A DNA stretch of 64,000 nucleotides from Ylistrum balloti (lineage: Eukaryota). Below, in pieces: positions 1 to 12,504 of this stretch. The stretch lies in contig NW_026781975.1 of the NCBI RefSeq assembly GCF_031769215.1, forward strand, positions 496,001 to 560,000, read 5' to 3'. The first letter of the stretch is position 1; the number at the start of each line of letters is the position of its first letter. The notes beneath the pieces were generated by a model, which had not been told where the DNA came from, searched no databases, and saw only the letters and a list, made by a program, of their open reading frames with translations. Both the position numbers and the translations under genes were made by a program.

Positions 1-258
1 CTTTTGGTGTGAGGTAAGCTTTATGAAAGTTAATTATTTAATCAATGTCAGGAAAATCTGTCACAAGGTAGAAACCATATCAGATACAGGGATTGATGAA
101 TGGATTAAATGGGATGGATAGATAACACTATCTGATTGTTTAAACTGAATTTTATGTATCATTTTTTGATCATCAAAATGATTTATGATAAGGTGTTTCC
201 AATGAAATGTTCAAACATTTGATGAATTATTTGTTTAAAATAGTTAATTCGATTTTAG

Positions 259-697
259 ATTACCTGTCTATCAGGGACCGATCGCATATTACATCCTACC
301 GCTGCTGGCTCTCTCTGCAATACCAGAATGGCAATGTCCTATTGGTAAGCTTGTAGATACTTTTGTTTGAATTGAAATGAAGATACATATATCTAAACAT
401 ATCGTAATATACAGGACAGACAGTTGGTGAAATAAGAACACTCAAATACGAAATTAGTGTATCGAATTTGTGAATAATTAAATATCTGCTTAGTCCTAAA
501 TTACCTAAATCAATCAACTGTAGCGTAAAATCCCCCCGCTGCACCTGACTTTGGTGTGGAACGTGACAATTGCCAAGATCAGCAGCACCCTCACTCTCTC
601 CAATATATGGTAAAATCCGGCTCTTACAAACACACTCGTGAACCAAAATTCTCACGATCTTTTAATTGGGCAAGCGGATCCTTTTATGAACCCTTGT

Positions 698-754
<57 letters not shown>

Positions 755-3700
755 CTTAAAAATGCTTTGTGTATATTTGAAAAGAATGAAATCAACACAT
801 GTTGACCTTCTAATGGGATACCTTGAGCAAAAACTGTGCGATAAATTGGGATCTAGTTACAGCGCATAATTTGTCGAATATGTACGCAAGTGCTGGAAAC
901 AATATCTCGACGACTGCTTCATGATATGGACAAAGTCAAGAGAGGAACTATCAGTATTCTATGACACTCTAAACAGTTTGAATATGTCTATTTAATTCAC
1001 AATGGACACAATGGAATAAAGTGATACGGAACTCGCGTTTCTAGATGTACTAGTAAGGAAAACGGGAAAACGTATCATAACCGATATCTTTTGCAAATCC
1101 ACAGGCACACACGGTATCTGGATTTTCACTCATGTCATCCGACACATACTAAAAGAAATATACCATTCTGCCTCGCTAGACGAATATCTGCAATTGTAAG
1201 TGATGAGAGACGCATACAGAGACTCAGTGAATTACAATAGTTTTTGGCTAAACAGCACTACCCGGACAAGTTAATAACCAACAGCGTAAATCGAGCAAAG
1301 ACTATCCCAAAAGAAGATTTAAGGAAAACAAAAGTAACATCGGAAAACAGCAACAACATACCATTTGTTATAACACACAATCGTTGCCACAACAAAATAA
1401 TCCATGCAGCAAAGGACGCTATCCATACAACATAAAAGTGAAAAAATGCGGAATTTGGTACAAGCATCAGAAATTCTACAAAGTAAACGGCAACCAACCA
1501 GTCTCAAAAGAATTCTAACTAGGGCCAAATTCGATTATTCTGAAACACTATAACCAAATGTGGAGACTCTAGATGTGGAACATGCGAGTACATACATGTC
1601 GGCGATCATCTGACTCTAAAGAATGGAACAACAAAAAAAAACAAACTATACTCTGAACTGCAAAAAAGTAAGAATTTAATATATGTGATAGTCTGTCCAA
1701 CCTGCCAGGTGCACATAGTGAGAGAGTTCAGGTCCACAAGCAGCAAATACGCACACGTGGGACACGTAAAATATCACTTAGTGAACACCTGGATATATGT
1801 GGGAAAGGAACTTTTTAATTTTTTCCTTTTACAAAGTGGTTGATTTGGATGCGACAAAAAGACTGTGTAAAGAGGAAAAGTTTGTCAAAATATTTAAACC
1901 AGCTCTCAATATTAATTAATGTTTTGAAAAATCTTTCACACATATTTGATTAATAATAAACGCACATAAATGTAATGTCGATATACTGCGAACGATAACG
2001 TTATCTCCCCTTCTCTTATGTATTATGTATGACGTCACAATGTCGTTAGCAAGACGTTATAATAAATGTATCGCCTGAAAATGGCCGTTAGGTCTGAAAA
2101 CGTTAGCGGAATACATTTCCCGTGTTGAGTTCATTCTTTTCAAATATATATATATATATATATACCTCATTACTTGCATAAGGATACACGTAAATATTTA
2201 GAAAACCATAAGTTATTATTTAATGATGACCGTTGGTGATACAGATGGGAAAACAGTAAATACCCCTAACAGTGGTGTAGCATGGAGTGACCGTGAGTTA
2301 TGTAAGAGGCTAACCTCTTACGGGATAACAACCCCAAAAATTATCATACAAACCAACAGCAACCACGTATCAAAATTAAGATGATTAATACATCGTAAGA
2401 TAATGGGTAAAACCGACACTCTATCGAATAAACCAGGACAACATGTACATAAGTCAAACATATATAACAACAATGTTGAAAATGAGACTATTACAAATAA
2501 AAAAAAGGCGTTTCCTTTATGTAAAGATTAACACATAATTACGGAGACACTCTAATTTGATACCTAAAGGGGACACTCTACATTGATACGTGAAGGGGAC
2601 ACTCTACCTTTATACATAGGGGTGGGCACTTTTCCTTCTTGATACCTAAGGAGTTCACTCCGCCTTTAGACTTAAGAGGGATACTTACCTTAATACTTAA
2701 GGGGTTCACTCCGCATAAAGACTTAAGAAGGGCACTTACCTTAATACTTAAGGGGTTCACTCCGCATAAAGACTTAAGAAGGACACTTACCTTAATACTT
2801 AAGGGAGATACACTACTTTAATATTTAAGGAGGACAATGTATCTTACTACTTAAGGGGGACACTCTACCTTCATACTTAAGGGGGACACTCTGCCTTCAT
2901 ACTTAAGGGGGGCAATGTATCTTTCTACTGAAGGGAGACACTCTGCCTTCATACTTAATGGGGACACTCTGCCTTCATACTTAAGGGGGGCAATGTATCT
3001 TACTACTGAAGGGGGACACTCTTCCTTCATACTTAAGGGGGCAATGTATCTTACTACTGAAGGGGGACACTCTGCCGTCATACTTAAGGGGGACACTCTG
3101 CCTTCATACTTAAGGGGGCAATGTATCTTACTACTGAAGGGGACACTGCCTTCATACTTAAGGGGGGCAATATATCTTACTACTGAAGGGGGATACTCTA
3201 TCTTAACACTTAAGGGAAGCTTTTCCTTAATATTGAAGGGGTTCACTCTGCCTTCAGACTTAGGAGGGGGGCGAACACTTACCTTAATACGTAAGGGGCA
3301 CTTTTCCTTGGTATTGAAGGGTTCATTCCGCCTTCAGACTTAGTGGGGACACTCTACCTTGATACGTAAGGGGTTCACTCTGTCTAAATACTTAAGGAGA
3401 CATTCTACCTTACTACTTTATTTATCTTAAATATCATGGAAATAGTACTTCACAACACGACACCATTTTGATATATGTACATTGTATCTATCTTTACAGA
3501 AGAGTCAACTCTGATTAACAACACGGATCATTCGAATTTTTCAAGTCTTTTCGAACAGATACACGTATTTCCAAAACTGAAAGTAGTAGGTATTTTTCAT
3601 ATATATTTGTTGATTCATATCTAAGCCAATTTTTATCTGAATTAATTGTAATATCATAAAAAAAAATGTTTTTATTTACTATTGGGAAGAGATATTCGCT

Positions 3701-6700
3701 CTGAAGCTCGATAATTAATTGCTGCAACGCAAAACTACGAGTTATGGTAATTTTCTCTTATTGTTAAGTGTGTCTGTAGTCTCAGATCCTGGAATGTTAT
3801 CATCCTATAGACTTGAGATTGATAATTTATATCTGATACCTCACAGTTAGAAGGGAGTCTAATGCTTGCTGGGGCGGTCCACATGTTTGTTGGAATGACA
3901 GGAGTTGTCGGTATTCTATTACGATATATCGGTCCACTTACCATCGTCCCCACATTGATACTGGTCACCATCCCTCAGGCATCCTTACTGGTGAAATTCT
4001 GCGAACCATCCTGGACAGTTGCGGCCGTGTGAGTGTACTTGGAAGTATATGCATTTATCGAGTTATTGTAAATCTATTTATAAATGATTCCACTATGAAC
4101 AGCTACATGGCAAGCTAGTTAGACTTGTAAATAAACAACAAAGGCTCAATATGAATTGAAATTGGCCGTTTTTATTAACGACGTATATATATACATAAAT
4201 GTACATATGTAAACTCTCATGAATGTACATCATATACCACCTAGGGAAAGTTATCTCTGTGGCGTTTTTTGATCCCCATCTTAGACTTGTTAAATAATTT
4301 TTCATAACATTGTTAACAGGAACATTTGGTATATGATGTACATTCATGAGAGTTTACATATGTACGTTTATGTATATATATACGTCGTTAATAAAAACGG
4401 CCAATTTCAATTCATATTGAGCCTTTGTTGTTTATTTACAAGTCTAACTAGCTTGCCATGCCTTTTCTTTGATTATGATTATTTGCATCTTGGCTTAGTG
4501 ATGTAATTTGTTCCTCCAATATGACATATGTTGCAATAGTGGGACATAGTTTTGTAAAACGCCTTGACCGCGCGCTCGAGGGTTCATTGTCAAACCTAGG
4601 ATTTGATAACAATCCAAAGGATATTGATGTGCAGTGTATTGGCAAAAGTGGAGGCAAACGCACAATATCTTATCAGTTACGACTCATACGGCCGGATTTG
4701 GTTTTGCTACAAATCGGAGGTAACGATTTAGACTGTGTGCGTTTTAACGATGTCAAGGTCTCCGTAGTTAACGACTTAATGTCGATTGTCGAGTGGCTTT
4801 TCAGCGGTCTATCTGTTACAAAAGTTGGTATTATGCAACTTTTCTATCGACGGCGTACTAGACATATACCAGTTCATGTATATAATGACATGGTCGCAAT
4901 GTCAATAAACTTTGACAGCAAATCATTTAAATGAAAGATGCTACTGACCTTGTTCCTCCATAATGTCCGAAAGGTCTCTGACCAGTGGTGGTCAGTGCCC
5001 TTTACTTATATGGCATGCTAAAAATAGCATCAAATTACTGCATCCCTAGACCTATCACCTCCTTCCAAACGGTTAGCATCCGTTCATACATAACATAACC
5101 ACAACCATGATATAATTCCATCTATAAACTTAGTCAACATAACAAAGAAATAAAATAAATGTGGAACATTCATAAATGACATTAAACCCATGATTTAATA
5201 AGTATATATAACATCTGGAATTCGTCAGTTTTATTTTATAGAATTTTTCCGTAGTGCTGATCTTAATTCATCGTTGTTGATACACAAATGTAATATAGTA
5301 GAATGCCGCCATGCACTGTCATGTTTTGTGTAACTAGACGGATAACATAAAAACCAAGATTCAAAATGTTAGAACACCATGAAGTATTGAAACATAACAT
5401 TTCAATTTTCGAAATTATTGGCATGAAGATATACAACTTGAATTCCAACTTTTGATTTTCTACCATATTAACTCTATTTACAGAACAGTGCTGTCCACTT
5501 TAGTGTTTTCAATGTACCTAGGCGAAAAGACTATGCCTATACCAATTTGGAGAAAGAATGGTGGCTTTATATTATTGCGTTATCCTATACACAAGGTTCT
5601 TTCCGTACGTTTACACAAGTATTCGTTAATCACTTTTCATATATCTGAAATATATTAAATTTTCCATTTAATTGAGTAACCTGATTGGACAAAATTAGTG
5701 ACAATTAATGAAATAGAAAGGAGACTGCTGAAATGTTACAGACAATATTGCTAATCATAAATGTTAATCAAATGACGTGATAGTATCAACATCATCACAA
5801 ATGTTAATGCTATCAAAAATATAAATTTACAGTTTCCTGTGCTTATAATCACTTTAACTGTGGATGTATAAACGCCATAAGAAATTTAAGATCTGAGTCA
5901 GTTATGTTTTCTTTGTGTATAATAGATTATTTAATCAAGAAACTACATGTGTTAAGAACTGGAATCATGTGACTTTTTTCTTTATGAAAGAGTTGACTAA
6001 TATACACAAATGTTTACTTGTCAGAATTATTTTTGTTAACTAGGTACTACTTGGTATCGTCGCTGGTTTGTTTATATCCACAATTTTAACACTAACGAAT
6101 GTCTTCAGTAATGATGTAAATAGTCTAGATTTCCGTGCAAGGATTGATTCTGCCGGTAGTGATATAGTGACTTCTCCGTGGTTCTACCTCCCTTATCCAG
6201 GTAAAGTATCAACATGCCTTTCGGTCTAATCAGTGGCGGTATATCGAATTCATATAATTAATATATCTGATAGTAATTAACTTGCATATTATGGCATTTC
6301 ATTTAAAGATGATATTGCGGCGAAGCATTTGTTGCATCACCTCTAACTTCTTATAACAATGGCAAAGTATATATATCCATTGTCTTTCAATACCCACATC
6401 GCTAATTTTATATATTTGTCTAGATAAAAAGATATTTACTCCATGCCTCTATGGTAACCAACTATTTTTTTATATATATATCAGGACAGTTTGGCTCCCC
6501 TACAATCAGCGTTGGTATATTCATCACATATTTGATACCGACATTAATTTCAATTTTGGACTCGATTGCGGATTATTATGCATGCGCCAAAGTAGTCAAT
6601 GCGCCACCTCCACCTTTCCATGCTATTACCAGAGGTCTTGCCACAGAGGGTTTCTTCAGCTTTTTAGCGGGAAGTTTCGGTGTGGGCCATGCAACTACGA

Positions 6701-9700
6701 CATACGGTGGAAACATTGGGATCATTGGAGTGACGAAGGTATATATTTATAGTTTCAGTGCAATAAATGCTTTGAGTATATTTAGATGAATAATATTCTT
6801 TCCGAATTTCCACTCTCTAGTAATGCGATATCATCATCAGCCTTTTCACGTTCTACAATTTAGATTTATTCATATTATATATCGTAAAATCATGCATATT
6901 ATGGTATTTCCTGACTAAATAATTACAAAATCTAACTTTTCTGAAAGAGCAATTTTGACTGATTATCATTTCATTTATAAGTTTGTGGAAGAAGAGTACC
7001 ACGAAAACAAATTTAACTGTCTCAATACAAATGTAACAAATAGTATTCATTGCTTAAAAATGATTTCTTGGATCCTTGCTGATGTCTTTAATCCAAAAAT
7101 AAAAGTCAATGATTACAACCCAAAAAAATCACCAATTACGGGGATCAATAAAACTGATCATGATATATGACGACATGAACGTTGGTATGAAATAGTATAT
7201 ATAAACATCCATGTTCTAGTAATGGATTTTGATGAACATTATTAAAAGTAATATTCTTTAAGTAGAGGCTTACAGTGTTTTTTTCACTTTCAAAATAATA
7301 TGTCGATATGGAATTCGAAATAGACATTTTTTTTTTATTTTTGAAAGACATCAGTGTGGATGAACAAATGGGTATATTTTTCTATGACGTGGGGGCGTAA
7401 AACAGGTAATATTACGTGCGTACAAAGTAAAGATAGCGAAATGTGTTCACGTTAAGTGGACATATAATAATGTCCAGTGTGTATATTTTTCTATCCTGTT
7501 AACACGTCATAAAAGCTAAATATTTTTACATACGTACGTAATAGAAAAAATATAAATGGATATCCCGTCTGTGTCTCCGTACAAAACTACCATCAGATTG
7601 CATTCAGTTTCTTCTGCAAATGATGAGGTGACTATTCAAATGAAATTGTTTTTGCAAGTTTATTTTCAGTATTGCAGATGTACTGTCACTGTCATGCTTC
7701 ATACTGATCTAATACAATAACCTCCCCTCTATCCGTATATTACTCAGCCTTTTTTATAGCTTATTTTCCTAAAATAGTGTTTCAGGCGAACGATTTGTTT
7801 TTTGAAATTACGACATTGCTTATATATTTACTTTCAGTTAATAATGTACTTCTTAGTCACATATTTAAACTCATGGTTTAACGTCTACCACTGCTCAGTT
7901 TCTGTAGAAATTCTTATCTATATTACAAACGACCTAGTATAAACATTTTAAAACCTCTGGGCCCCGTTAATGCTGAATCTTGATAAAAACCTGGACCTCT
8001 AAGCTTTGTCATAACTATACATTACAGATTAGATATGTCGCCTTTATTGCTACCATGTGTTGTTAGTAGAGAAGATTCACACTTGAAATATACCCCCATA
8101 ATGCTGGTTGTCGAATCCCTGCATACAAAAAGCATGCGTCCACAACAGCCTAGTCTGACAAACATGAAAGTATAATCCATGTACTGCAAATCTATCAGGT
8201 GCATAAAATGATAATGATAAGCATATTATCTTCAACTCATTGAATGAAGTTTTCCTGTATGACTTGAAGAACCTGAATGTATGACTTAATATAAAGAAAG
8301 CGAAACAGTGTCCGACTGACCACGTTTGGAAAACGTAGAAAAACAACCAATAATTCGACAGGATGATATATATCTGCTGAAAAGGCGTGGTGATCAAACA
8401 ATCCCATTTCAAATCAGCGAGATAGGAGAGGTAAACATCAAATGATACACATATTTTATCGAATTGCCTTCAATTATAAGACAATGAATAGTAAGACTTT
8501 TTTCCAGGTTGGCAGCCTGCGAGTTTTTCAGATGTTTGGAGTGCAATTGGTGGTGGTGGCCATGATTGCGAAGTTGTCTGCTTGCTTTGTTGCTATTCCA
8601 TATCCAGTAATTGGTGGCACCACCTTCATAATGACGGGGTCGTTCTTTGGTATCATCTTCTCAAACCTCAGCTTTGTAAATCTTAATTCAACGCGGAACC
8701 TTGTCGTTATTGGAATGTCCCTTCTCTGCGGTCTAATGATCCCACTTTGGTCGAAGCAAAACATGGACAAGTTGGAAACAGGTATGATTAAGATAGAATG
8801 CACCTCCATTAGTTAATTTAAGTAATGCAAACACTTTAAAATGGTAAACGTTGATATCAGTTGAAACTAGAGTTGAGATACTCTTGCGAGCGAGGGTCCC
8901 GCCAGTGGAGACTAGCCTCTCTCCTGCCTAGCCTCCAGGAACCGATACACACTGGCTAGAAAAGTGGTTGTATTTATACTAGCCATTATAATAAACTTAT
9001 TAAGTACTATTACATATTAACTAACAGGTAACCAAGGATTGAGTAATATTTGAGTTATGGAGTTATGGTCTTACACACATAAATCGCAATAGATTCGGCT
9101 GTTTACTACAAGGTAAGGTTACACTGACCTTCCTACAAACTGCTTAGATAGGCTTTAGGTAATGACTTATATATTCAGGGAACGAATTAATACATGAACA
9201 TGTGTAGTAGATCAACAGCGACAGAATGCCTCTGGCCACTGGTCAATACAAAATTGTTCACAGTAGATGTCAGTGATAAATTAACAAAGGCAGATACATT
9301 ATGAAGAAATATCTTACTTATGTCTAGCACAATTATGGAATGATTAATCTTACATATTAATTTTTAATGGTTCATTTTATGGTCGACATAGTGATCTCAT
9401 AGAGAAAAATACCATTTCTTTGTGTGACATGAAGCTGGACGTATTTGACGCTCGTTACTTTGCCAGTTGATTCCGTTGTTGTTTACCTTGTTCTCATTTG
9501 AGCTCGTGACATAACTTACTTGGATTGACCGATGAAGCAGAAGACGCGTACTCTTCCAGAACACCTGGTCTTAATTTCCTTGTACTTTTTTCAGGAGTCG
9601 CCGCGTAAATCGTTCTTTTGTTCATATCTTGCCCATGTTAAAGTTTGGATGATGATTATATTGACATATTGATATTTTCGTGTTTTTTTCATATGTATAA

Positions 9701-12504
9701 ATGATGTTTCCTCGATATTATACGGGTGACGAAATAGTAAAAATGATCGACTTTCTAGTTGACAACATTTTCATCGAGTTTGGTTGTAAGATATTCAAAT
9801 GGACGATTGGCATACATATGGGATCCAACTGTGCTCCTCTGTTGGCTGACTTGTTTTTGATCTCACACGAGGCTGAATTTATTGAAGAGCTTATGAAAAC
9901 AGATTACAAAGACATTGTAAAGTCGTTTAATTTCACTTTTAGATATATTGATGACGTCTTGTCTGTACGTTACAAGAAATGTTTTGACCATGTCAATCGT
10001 ATATACCCACCTGAAGTGGAAATAAAAAACACGGCAGACTCTTCTACGTCAGCCGCTTATCTCGATCTTTTCCTACAACGAAATCAACATGGACATCTTT
10101 CCACCAAGCTGCATAGTAAACATGATGATTTCAATCCCTTTATTATTTGTCCATCTCTGGATAACAACATCCATGCTTATGGTGTTAACAATATTGCAGT
10201 TGATTTTTAAATAATGCAGGTTGCTGCAAATTATAGGGACGTTCTATGGTCGTCATAGTTATCTCATGATATTTCTTAGTGCTGTATAAAGCTGTACATA
10301 CTTAATTCTTGTTCTCATTTGAGAAAGCGACATTACTTACTTGAATTGACCAGGTTTACACGGCGCGTATCGTCGATGAAGCAGAAGACGCTTACTCTAC
10401 CGAAAGACATGGTCTCCCTATTCTCCTTGTGCTTTCTCAAGAATATTTCTTTTGTTCATATTTTGCCCTAGTTTTATGGAATTGGAGTGTAGGTTTATGT
10501 TTTGGGTTGTTTTTTTGTTTTCGTATGGGGTAACAAGTTGGTTTTTATGCATTTACGTATCTAATCGTAAACTTTGGTTTTTAACACTCGACGAACTCGA
10601 GTGTACAAATGACGTGTATTCTCTAGAAGATGAATAGAAACTGAAAATCAGAAGTGCATTGGATTTTTAATATTAATAAACGTTTCTCTAATTTTATCAC
10701 ATCCTATCAAATCGTTCATTTCAATCAATAATGACGTTTCGAGGTAGGATTATTGAGTTGTAAGACTTTAAATGTGTCTGTGTGGTTACCTGTCAAAATG
10801 CTTATTCATATCAATTACAAGTGTTCATACCTGAAAAGATATAATTCTTCTTTACCGTAGATAAAAGAATTAAACATGATCGAGGAGATTCGGACTTCAC
10901 AGCAGTTGACAGCACGGTTATTTGAAATGGGATTTATTCATCATTCTTTACAAAACTTTCAGTGAATGTAAGAGAAAATATCATGTGACAGTGTAGGACA
11001 TTTTTTATGTTTTGGGAAAATTAAACCTCTCATATTTCTTGACATTCTCTCATTATATATGCTTATGTTTAACCTACCTCAAATAGGAGAAACGTGGGAC
11101 GGATCACTAAGATCGACAGCAAGATTCGGCTATTCGATGTCAGATTATAATGCCATAGACAACGTCGATCATCTGATTAAACAGAGTGATAAGGTGGTTG
11201 CCATGTTTTGTTTAGCGTCAAAATAATTGTCATGGCAACCTATTGACGCTTCGTGCATATATCGATGATTTTATCATAAAGGTTTACCAATCAAAAATTA
11301 GTTTTATTAGCATCATTTTAGAATCATTAAACATACAGCGCCGAAATATGTACAAAAACTTTTAAGTAATAGACGCAACTCATAAAAAACGCATACTACA
11401 ATCTTGTTTTGTGAAGGAGAGGAGACTTTTTATTGTTTCCAAACTTATGCCGTGATAATATGCGATGGAAGCGTTTGATTAATGTGCAAGTAAAATAGTT
11501 GGGAGTACATATGTATAATGATCGACAAAGTAAAGAAACAAGCAAATGAACAAAGGCAAATCTATATAGATTGCGTTTGATGAACGTAAATGTATTATAT
11601 GTCATGGCATAAAGTATTTAGTATTATTTATTTAGAAAGTGATATTAAATATCGTTTTGCCTTGTACCCATTGATTACTGATAACTGATTACTGATGGTA
11701 ACTTGTGTCCTCTTGCCTAGACACTGGTCGTTATAGACTATTACAGAAATAGGTCCTTGGTGGACAATTATAAGCTGAAGAAGTTTAAATTTATAGTTTT
11801 ACGAAGTTCAAATGTCATTCATAGTGTCATAAATTTCAATGGGTAACAACAGTTTGCTTCTTTGTCATTGATGAATTCCTTAAGTTTAAAACAGTTTTAC
11901 CGAAGCTTTTAGTCATCTTACTAATTTGCACTAAATTGTTGCTATTTTTGTCAACTTTTGTTTTAATTAGGTATACAACAGTTAACTTATCTAGTGAAAA
12001 TTCTGATGACAAACGCCAGCTTTATGGGTGGATTGGCAGCATGCCTCCTCGATAACACCTTACCGGGTGAGAGTGTGATAAATATCAAATACATAGCCTA
12101 TTCAGTCCAAAGTTCATGCTTTAGAAAGCGTATCGTATATATCAAATAAATTGAAATATCAATCTGATTTTATCATCGCAATTGATTTCATTGTATATAT
12201 AATTATTATCCAACTGTCCCCAGAAACTATCAAGTTTATCGTTGCAACGACATCGGTGAAATTTTGCTGGGTTAACCGCTATACAAATTCCCAGTAATGC
12301 CTTATACTAATGACTTTTTATTTTTCAGGAACGCGCGAGGATCGAGGGATACTGGCTTGGAAGAATGATTTAAATGATGAAGAAACCGATACCCCAGACT
12401 ACCAGGAAAACACAGATGTATATAACATACCAGTTATCACGAGACTGCTCAAAAGGTACAGACTGACAAAGTATATTCCAATCTCTCCAACATTCAAACA
12501 TTAG
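259..12504 (+). CDS. SLC23-family (nucleobase-ascorbate transporter, NAT/NCS2) gene, 5'-truncated by the window edge; exons 259-344, 3500-3585, 3847-4028, 5484-5604, 6044-6200, 6485-6738, 8508-8781, 11971-12066, 12329-12504 (stop)
   Basis: All exons have AG/GT boundaries with consistent phases. Translation gives RLPVYQG..., LLRYIGPLTIVP, PWFYLPYPGQFG, LDSIADYYACA, the NAT signature region TYGGNIGIIGVTKVGS, and LLDNTLPGTREDRG, colinear with vertebrate SLC23A1/A2. The exact orthologue cannot be assigned. Confidence 0.93.
698..753. repeat. Compound (TA)n(TG)n microsatellite
   Basis: Directly visible in the sequence. Confidence 0.97.
780..1920 (+). mobile_element. Degenerate Penelope-like retroelement (Neptune-type: RT C-terminus, Cys knuckle, GIY-YIG) in an SLC23 intron
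   Basis: Frameshifted translation gives WKQYLDDCFMIW (YLDD at 903), HPTHTKRNIPFCLARRI, KCGDSRCGTCEYI (Cys knuckle), an NLIYVIVCPTC GIY-YIG-like segment, and a terminal KFVKIFKPALN. Confidence 0.85.
2064..2118 (+). ncRNA. Decayed type-I hammerhead ribozyme-like motif at the 3' end of the Penelope-like element
   Basis: Stem I is AAATGTAT-CGC / GCG-(GA bulge)-ATACATTT. The core reads CTGAAAA (consensus CUGANGA, so G8 is replaced by A). Stem II is GGCC-GTTA-GGTC, followed by GAAA, a palindromic stem III AACGTT, and the cleavage triplet TTA. Confidence 0.6.
2553..3415. repeat. Intronic minisatellite of ~26-bp G-run-headed monomers of two alternating types
   Basis: Monomers GGGGGACACTCTGCCTTCATACTTAA and GGGGG(G)CAATGTATCTTACTACTGAA are interspersed, with more degenerate copies at the flanks. 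Confidence 0.9.
4106..4460. repeat. Long inverted repeat (foldback): 134-bp arms 4106-4239 and 4327-4460 with an 87-bp spacer
   Basis: The arms are reverse complements with one mismatch found by manual comparison. Confidence 0.95.
4521..4934 (+). mobile_element. Truncated SGNH/GDSL hydrolase ORF, probably retroelement-derived (Ngaro/DIRS-type or CR1/L2 esterase)
   Basis: Block I VAIVGHSFVKRL, a block II-like GKSGG, and block III LQIGGNDLD are present. The block V DxxH motif is missing. The ORF is intronless and lies inside an SLC23 intron. Confidence 0.7.
8020..8420 (-). mobile_element. Possible heavily decayed non-LTR (CR1/L2-like) RT fragment
   Basis: The minus-strand translation has weak RT-like segments (LGCCGRML..., TTHGSNKGDISNL resembling GVxQGDxLS). 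There are many stops. Confidence 0.3.
9489..10468 (+). mobile_element. Penelope-like RT fragment (9701-10210) flanked by related direct repeats (9489-9634 and 10310-10468)
   Basis: The ORF contains FLVDNIFIEFG, IGIHMGSNCAPLLADLFL, FRYIDDVLS and AAYLDLFL. Both flanks share TGTTCTCATTTGAG...GATGAAGCAGAAGACGC..TACTCT..C.GAA..ACxTGGTC...TTGTTCATATxTTGCCC. Confidence 0.85.

Noticed and set aside
2578-3343. ORFs of 60-142 aa in the G-run minisatellite
   Set aside because: They are products of repeat periodicity inside an SLC23 intron.
4935-5100. Minus-strand GDRSRDAV resembling the tyrosine-recombinase GxWxSDA motif
   Set aside because: The match is too short, is surrounded by stops, and is on the wrong strand relative to the SGNH ORF for a Ngaro layout.
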